DNA of 32,000 nt from Wolbachia endosymbiont strain TRS of Brugia malayi (GTDB lineage: Bacteria; Pseudomonadota; Alphaproteobacteria; Rickettsiales; Anaplasmataceae): the NCBI RefSeq assembly GCF_000008385.1, contig NC_006833.1, positions 1,020,001 through 1,052,000 of the forward strand, read 5' to 3'. This document shows positions 26,632 to 32,000 of the stretch, piece after piece (within the stretch, counting starts at the first letter, position 1; every line of letters begins with the position of its first letter). The position numbers and the translations under genes were made by a program. A model generated the notes under the pieces. That model was not told where the DNA came from. It worked only from the letters and a program-made list of their open reading frames with translations, and did not search any database.

Positions 26632-27825
26632 TTGTTTCCAATGCATAAGTTCGCAATACTCTTTTCTATACTACTTGCAATAGTTGCTTACCATCTAAAC
26701 AATGAAGTTGCATTTGAAGTAGCAAGGCTATTTAGTGGTATATTTATCAGTCTGTTAAAATTAATAAGCTTACCCTTGGTTTTTCTATCTATAGTATCCA
26801 CAATTTCTGGGCTTAAAGATTCAATCGAAATTAAAACCTTAGTTAAGAAAACACTATTTTATACGCTGCTTACAACTATTATAGCTGCATTTGTTGCTTT
26901 ATCATTTTATCTGCTAATAGATCCAGTAAGAAAAAACTTCATAAGTAACACGATAGAAAGTGCGAGCAATAGCAATTATAATTACTTTTCATATTTGAAA
27001 TTACTCATTCCTTCAAATTTTATGCAAGTTTTTCTCAAAAATAACACTATTGGTAGCATATTGATCGCTTTTTTGATGGGTAGAGCCATTATTTCACTTC
27101 CAAAAGGAAAACAAGATATATTACACCAGGTATTCTCTGCACTGTTTGACACGCTACTTAAAATTGCTCAATGGTTATTAAAGTTTATCCCACTTGCTGT
27201 ATGGTCTTTTATCACATGTTTTTTGCATGAATTAAAAGGTGGCAGCGAATTTTATAGTCTTTTGTGGTATTTTGCTTGCATAATGTCTGCAAATTCCGTG
27301 CAAGCGTTTCTGATTTTACCGCTACTTATGTGGTGTAAGGGCATATCACCAATTCAAACACTAAGGGGAGTCATGCCAGCATTGACGCTTGCGTTTTTCT
27401 CTAAATCATCCAGTGCAACACTGCCTACAACCATAGACTGCGTGCAAAATAAGCTAAAAGTGCCAAAAAAATTGTCGTCTTTTATTTTACCAATATGCAC
27501 AACAATCAATATGAATGCATGTGCCACGTTTATTTTGATTACAGTAATGTTTGTTGCAGAGATGAATGGGTGCACATTTTCCTTGAGCGAAATATTCATA
27601 TGGATTTTTTTAGCTACAGGCGCTGCAATTGGCAACGCTGGAGTACCGATGGGATGCTATTTTATGGCAACTAGTTATCTCGTATCGATGAACGTTCCTC
27701 TGTACATTATGGGACTAATTTTGCCTATTTACACGATCATCGATATGTTTGAAACTGCTATAAATGTCTGGTCTGATGTTTGTGTAACCCAGATAATTAA
27801 TAAAGAATATAAGGGTGAAATCTAA
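26632..27825 (+). CDS. dicarboxylate/amino acid:cation symporter (DAACS / SLC1-type)
   Basis: 397-aa polytopic ORF with family-typical blocks (SLPLVFLSIVSTISGL, FFSKSSSATLPTT, AAIGNAGVPMG, DMFETAINVWSDV). The start is TTG 26632 or ATG 26641. A TATAAT lies at 26612-26617. Confidence 0.85.
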   Translation: MFPMHKFAILFSILLAIVAYHLNNEVAFEVARLFSGIFISLLKLISLPLVFLSIVSTISGLKDSIEIKTLVKKTLFYTLLTTIIAAFVALSFYLLIDPVRKNFISNTIESASNSNYNYFSYLKLLIPSNFMQVFLKNNTIGSILIAFLMGRAIISLPKGKQDILHQVFSALFDTLLKIAQWLLKFIPLAVWSFITCFLHELKGGSEFYSLLWYFACIMSANSVQAFLILPLLMWCKGISPIQTLRGVMPALTLAFFSKSSSATLPTTIDCVQNKLKVPKKLSSFILPICTTINMNACATFILITVMFVAEMNGCTFSLSEIFIWIFLATGAAIGNAGVPMGCYFMATSYLVSMNVPLYIMGLILPIYTIIDMFETAINVWSDVCVTQIINKEYKGEI

Positions 27826-27827
27826 AA

Positions 27828-28433
27828 ATGATGTTAGACAAAGAGAACCCAATAATAAAAGAATTTGAGGAAGCCGGAGCAATTTTGCATGGGCATTTTG
27901 TGCTGTCATCAGGGCTGCACAGTGATACATACACACAATGCGCTAAGATTTTTGAGAATCCAAGTAGAGCAATGAAAGTCTGTGAGCTACTGGCAAATAA
28001 AATAAAAAAAGAGCTAAACAGCTCCATAGATTTAATACTCTCTCCTGCAATTGGTGGGATAATTGTTGGCTATGAAATTGGCAGGCAACTTAGAATGAAA
28101 ACAATGTTTTGCGAGCGCGTTAATGGCAAGTTTGAACTGCGCCGTGGATTTGAGATTAAACGAGGTGAGAAAATATTACTAGTTGAAGATGTAATAACTA
28201 CAGGCAAATCTTCACTTGAAGCTGTGAAATGTGCAGAAGATATGGGAGGTAAAGTCGTTGCTGAAGCTTCCCTAATAAAGAGAAATAGTGAAACAAAATT
28301 ACCTTTTTCTATCATATCTTTACTTGAGCTCAGCATTAAAAATTACAGTGAAGCAGAGCTTCCTGAAGAATTGAAAAAACTGCCTATAATCAAACCAGGG
28401 AGCAGAGAATATTTAAGTAATTGTTCAAAGTAA
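27828..28433 (+). CDS. pyrE: orotate phosphoribosyltransferase
   Basis: 201-aa ORF with N-terminal GHFVLSSGLHSDTY and the PRPP-binding loop ILLVEDVITTGKS. It starts 2 nt after the symporter stop. Confidence 0.87.
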   Translation: MMLDKENPIIKEFEEAGAILHGHFVLSSGLHSDTYTQCAKIFENPSRAMKVCELLANKIKKELNSSIDLILSPAIGGIIVGYEIGRQLRMKTMFCERVNGKFELRRGFEIKRGEKILLVEDVITTGKSSLEAVKCAEDMGGKVVAEASLIKRNSETKLPFSIISLLELSIKNYSEAELPEELKKLPIIKPGSREYLSNCSK

Positions 28434-28454
28434 TCTTATTTTCAATATCATCTA

Positions 28455-29012
28455 AGTAACTCATAGAAATGCAAAAATTTGCTTGACAGGTTTAATAGTC
28501 TTCTTATCATAGTATTAAAGCTATTTATTTATCTTCATAATCTGTGCAGGTCAATGACAAAAAATTTAGGGTATTAGGTGTATTATATTTAATTTTTTGT
28601 ACTATATGTACCTTATGTCTTTGTAAATCTGGGTTTTTATCTATATAAGCATGAAATATGCTTATATAGCGTTTAAGATAGTAGAAAATGTCAAATTGAT
28701 AAGGGAATACTTGAATACTAGCTATCTTAGGGTTTTTTGCCTTTTTTCCTGCTTAGATAAGTTTCTTAACATTAGGTTAGATAAAAATAGCCGAATCACA
28801 GCGTTTAGAATAGAAAACGCCAATATTTGAGGTACATATGGATAACTAGCCAACCACAGGGGTTTCTTTTACCTTCTTTTCTATTTGTTAAATTTCTTAG
28901 TATTTGTAGCTGAAGCAATTTAGGAACAAACGAAAATAGTGTCACGCACTAGTATGACAAGAAGAGGGTACTGGAATGACAGGAGAAGGAAGCACTGAGG
29001 TAACAAATAAAG
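28455..29012 (+). repeat. dispersed non-coding repeat family, copy D (best-preserved promoter module and hairpin)
   Basis: AGTAACTCATAGAAATGCAAAAATTTGC, then TTGACA (28483-28488), 16 nt, TATCAT (28505-28510). This is followed by ATCTGTGCAGGTCAATGACAAAAAATTTAGG, TTAATTTTTTGTACTATATGTACCTTATGTCTT, a perfect 11-bp hairpin at 28642-28668, GTTTAAGA, two TTTTGCC/..TTTCTTA..TAGCT modules, GTCACGC, and three tandem units of about 22 bp (28947-29012). Confidence 0.75.
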
Positions 29013-29113
29013 AGATATTAGAATTACACTCTTCCCCTTTAGACGGTTAAATCACGACATTTATGTAGTCATGTGTCAGCTATTTTCATGACAGGAAGAA
29101 AGTGCTGAATTAC

Positions 29114-30369
29114 GTATCCATTCAGCGGAGTAGCAAAATAAGATAGACAAGGTAGTATAAAAGATAACGATAGAGCAAAAGTGAGGTAATATGGTAAATC
29201 TTTTAGAACTTTACAGAAGTCTGGAGCAGAAAATAGCAAAGTTAGAAACAAAAATAGAAAGATTGGAAAGAGAGAATGAAAGTCTAAAGGCAGAGAACAA
29301 GACTTTGAAGATAGAAAATGCTGAGTTAAAGGAAAAGCTCGGTTTAAATTCAAAAAATTCATTATGTGATAAACCATACATCCACCAAGTTGATCTTCCG
29401 AAGATCGAGTCTTATGTAATGGAATATCAACTTACCGGAAGGTGTTATACCAGACACATTTAGGCCAAGGGTTAAGTTGATAATTGCAGCATTCAGCAAG
29501 TTTTATAAAAATTCGAAATATGGAATAGCGAATATTATAATGACATTTTCAATGTGAACATAAGTGTTGGTAGCATATCAAACAGTGAACATAGAATAGC
29601 TTCAAAATGTGAAGAAATGTATTAGCAGATTAAACAAGAAGTAAGTACAAGCAAAGTTCTTTATATTGACGAAACCAGCCATTACAATAAAGGTAAGCTT
29701 AGTTAGTGCTGGATGTTTACAAGTAATACGGCAAGTTTTGTAAAGTTGACAGAGTTAAGAGGAATGAAAGTTTAAAAAAATAGTAAATTCTGCAATTGTC
29801 ATAGCTTAGTAATAACTAACAGGTATGCAGCATACGGTTATTTTACTGATAAAAAGAGACAGATTTGTTGGACTCATTTATCAAGAGATTTTGAAAGATT
29901 AGCCTATAGTTGTAACAGAGAAGTCAAAGTTCTCGCCTGTTATTTAAGAAACGTTGCTGCTGAGTTATTTGCACTAAAAGAGCCTTACTAAAGAATGAGA
30001 TAGATATTTTAAGATTTGTCAGGCGTACCAGAAAATTGTGAAAGTGCACAAGGTATTACTTGAAGGAGATATCCCAGTTACCTAAAACAATTGGAGCCTC
30101 TCGAGTTGCAAAAAATATTTTGAAGTTGAAAGGACGATGTGGAAATTTTTGGATGAACCAGGAAACATTCTGCTAACGAACAACCATACTGAACGGCAAA
30201 CACTGCATTATATCGTTTATACAAAAATCCATATTTTACATAATCGGGACAAAGAAATGCATTTTTTGAATGGGTAATTTCATTATACTTAACATGGAAA
30301 CAAAAGGAGCTAAATCCTTTCCATAATCTCCTATCTATCGTCTCTCACACCGCTTAGCTGAATGGATAT
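29114..30369 (+). mobile_element. degraded IS66-family (single-ORF, ISBst12-like) insertion sequence with recognisable terminal inverted repeats
   Basis: N-terminal leucine-zipper-like ORF (29191-29463, LEQKIAKLETKIERLERENESLKAENKTLKIENAELKEKLGLNSKNS). Downstream fragments are LYIDETSHYNKGKLS, TNRYAAYGYFTDKKRQICWTHLSRDFERL and LTNNHTERQ, with many stops. The ends are GTATCCATTCAGC (29114) and GCTGAATGGATAT (30357-30369), which share a perfect 12-nt inverted core, TATCCATTCAGC. Confidence 0.65.
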
Positions 30370-30522
30370 AGAAAATAAATTTATTAATAATATACGTAAA
30401 TATTTAACAAACCGTGGACTCAATGAAAAACTTGAACTAGAAGACTACCTTGATAAAGGTGATATTACCAAAAGTTTGATCGGAATAGAACTGAGGTCCA
30501 CCAATGAAGAGTATATACAAGT

Positions 30523-31071
30523 TTAAGTTGATAGAGAAAGAAAAATTATTCTTGCTATACCGTAAGTACGTTCCAAGATTACACTAAAGTTTTTACTGCA
30601 CTGAAAATCTTCGTTTTTTCTAACCTCTAAAATTATCAATGCATCGTCACTTAACCATCCTGAATTAGCCAATCCGTCTAAAGTTGAGTTAACTAGATTA
30701 CTATAATAAGGCGGATCTATAAAAACTATGTCACATTTTGAAACAGGTTTTGGCAATGCGTTAGCACTGCAACAAATTAGTGTAATACTGTCTGTAATAC
30801 CAAGATCTTTTGCTGTTTTTTCAGGTAATTGCAAATTGTAATAGTCTAAATCTACTATGAATGCATGTTTGGCACCGCGAGAAAGCGCTTCAAATGAAAA
30901 AGAACCACTTCCACAGAATAAATCAAGTATATTCAAGTTGTAAATAATTTTTTTCGAGGAGAGTATGTTAAATACTGCTTCTCGGACAATGCTCATAGTT
31001 GGTCGCGCAGCTAAATGCTTGCCTGTGGCTATTCTTCTTCCACGATACTTTCCTGCAATAATACGCAGCAT
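30523..31071 (-). CDS. rsmD: 16S rRNA (guanine966-N2)-methyltransferase
   Basis: 182-aa ORF with RIIAGKYRGRRI...RPT...VREAVFNIL, the SAM motif DLFCGSGSFSFEALSRGA and the DPPY motif. Confidence 0.87.
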   Translation of the reverse strand: MLRIIAGKYRGRRIATGKHLAARPTMSIVREAVFNILSSKKIIYNLNILDLFCGSGSFSFEALSRGAKHAFIVDLDYYNLQLPEKTAKDLGITDSITLICCSANALPKPVSKCDIVFIDPPYYSNLVNSTLDGLANSGWLSDDALIILEVRKNEDFQCSKNFSVILERTYGIARIIFLSLST

Positions 31072-31187
31072 ACTAAATGAGCTCCAAAGTAACTAATTAT
31101 TTAACAATACATAATTAATGTCAATACGACTTTAGCAGATTAATAAGAAGATACCACCAGAATTGCTTACATCAAACACAAGATCAA

Positions 31188-31835
31188 TCAATCACTTTTT
31201 TTTGATTTATCAACTATATCGATTGCATGACCAATCTCATCCTGTAAGTCATCATGGTCATCCCTTTCATCATGGGTTAATCCTTCAATTCTGCTTTCTA
31301 ACTCCAACTTAATCATAGTATTAATTTTGTCTATGTTATTGAGAAAGCTTTTACATTCTTCATCGCTATATTTCTCACCAGATGCCCTTTTTTCGATAAA
31401 TAGACTTTTAAATTCTGCTAAATTAGAATTCTGATCATTATTGAGTACAACATTTCTCTCGATGAAGCTAAGATCTGACAGCAGTAAACTAACCTCTAAT
31501 AGATCTTCGCTTTTAATGTCTACAAGATCATCAAGATTGTTTAAAACATCAAGCACCTTAAGCTCTTCCTGCACAATTTCTCGATCTTCCTGATCAAATT
31601 CAGACAACAATCCTCTATCATTTATGAGTTTCTCACTAAGGGCTTTATCTAGCTTTGAAAGATTAATGTCATTTTGTTTAGTGTTATCCAGCAATAAGTC
31701 CACTCTTGCTCTGCGCGCATTCAAAACGTCATTATAGTCATTTAACTTTATGTTACCATAATCGTCTTGTTGCAGTTTATAATAATCAAAGCCCTTGAAA
31801 TTTTTTTTACTAGCTTTCATTGTTATCCTATTCAC
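31188..31835 (-). CDS. hypothetical acidic protein
   Basis: 215-aa ORF rich in D/E/L/N with a plausible coding character. The ATG at 31820 (MKASKKNF...) may be the true start rather than the GTG at 31835. I recognise no family. Confidence 0.5.
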   Translation of the reverse strand: MNRITMKASKKNFKGFDYYKLQQDDYGNIKLNDYNDVLNARRARVDLLLDNTKQNDINLSKLDKALSEKLINDRGLLSEFDQEDREIVQEELKVLDVLNNLDDLVDIKSEDLLEVSLLLSDLSFIERNVVLNNDQNSNLAEFKSLFIEKRASGEKYSDEECKSFLNNIDKINTMIKLELESRIEGLTHDERDDHDDLQDEIGHAIDIVDKSKKSD

Positions 31836-32000
31836 TATTTCTATCTTTTGTTAGCTTATTCGATACACCTCTTTTTATTAATTCATTCGATAGATTCCTG
31901 TCTTGTTTTAAACCTGGTGTATTAGGTTGACTGTTATCATCTTTATCTTTATACCTCTCCGGTTTCCTCTTGCGCCCTATGGTGTCATCATGAAGTTTTT
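31828..32000 (-). CDS. 3' end of a hypothetical Lys/Asp-rich protein running off the window
   Basis: The reverse frame is open from the window edge: ...KLHDDTIGRKRKPERYKDKDDNSQPNTPGLKQDRNLSNELIKRGVSNKLTKDRNSE*, with the stop at 31828-31830. The fragment is too short to identify. Confidence 0.3.
   Translation of the reverse strand, partial: KLHDDTIGRKRKPERYKDKDDNSQPNTPGLKQDRNLSNELIKRGVSNKLTKDRNSE

Noticed and set aside
27354-28336. ORFs 27354-27635, 27715-27936, 27797-28027 and 28070-28336 (all -)
   Set aside because: They are antisense shadows inside the symporter and pyrE genes.
12735-29012. Idea that the dispersed repeat family consists of group II intron or IS termini
   Set aside because: I saw no domain V-like GC-rich helix, no reverse transcriptase or transposase frame, and no terminal inverted repeats spanning a whole copy. 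The idea is not excluded. I kept the family as an unexplained repeat rather than assigning it.
29069-29377. 102-aa ORF on the - strand
   Set aside because: It is antisense to the Lys/Glu-rich leucine-zipper N-terminus of the IS66-family transposase remnant, which gives a Leu/Phe/Ser-rich shadow frame.
1-32000. Search for CRISPR arrays, tRNA, rRNA or tmRNA genes, cif-like or prophage WO modules, and toxin-antitoxin pairs
   Set aside because: I found no regularly spaced direct repeats and no GGTTCGAATCC-type T-arm or cloverleaf candidates by eye. There are no large ankyrin, nuclease or deubiquitinase ORFs, and no intact small gene pairs. The only phage-like sequence is the lone capsid pseudogene. 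A scan by eye could miss a divergent ncRNA, so tRNAscan-SE or Infernal should confirm.

Overview
AT-rich window with Rickettsiales-type housekeeping genes. My best guess is a Wolbachia-like Anaplasmataceae endosymbiont, based on gene content, degraded IS5/IS630/IS66 copies and short GTCAYYCCAGTG...CACTGGRATGAC-type palindromic repeats. That attribution is recollection and is not verified. Fourteen genes look intact: petB-petC, hemC-murB, a secreted hypothetical plus ispG, dnaJ, valS, pyrF, secD, a DAACS-type symporter plus pyrE, rsmD, and an acidic hypothetical. Their coordinates sum to about 14.6 kb, roughly 45% of the window. The rest is decay. It holds three tandem IS remnants, an IS66-family remnant, and pseudogenes of a DUF1016/YhcG PDDEXK nuclease, an HK97-type capsid, two paralogous TM plus coiled-coil proteins in inverted orientation, and several unknown genes. 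I found no tRNA, rRNA or CRISPR array, and no intact multi-gene accessory, defence or toxin system. Four signals stand out, all read directly from the sequence. (1) A dispersed non-coding repeat family of about 0.35-0.55 kb has four full copies plus promoter-only modules. It carries a conserved sigma70-like promoter module, conserved sequence boxes and a conserved hairpin. (2) A 108-nt element with terminal inverted repeats, related to the tail of that family, sits in frame inside valS. (3) A promoter, two hairpins and an intrinsic terminator downstream of pyrF could specify a small RNA of about 90 nt. (4) IS66-type ends lie next to the 3' end of two of the repeat copies, in one case as a 138-bp MITE-like derivative. 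All functional readings of these non-coding elements are inference and need transcriptome or comparative checks.
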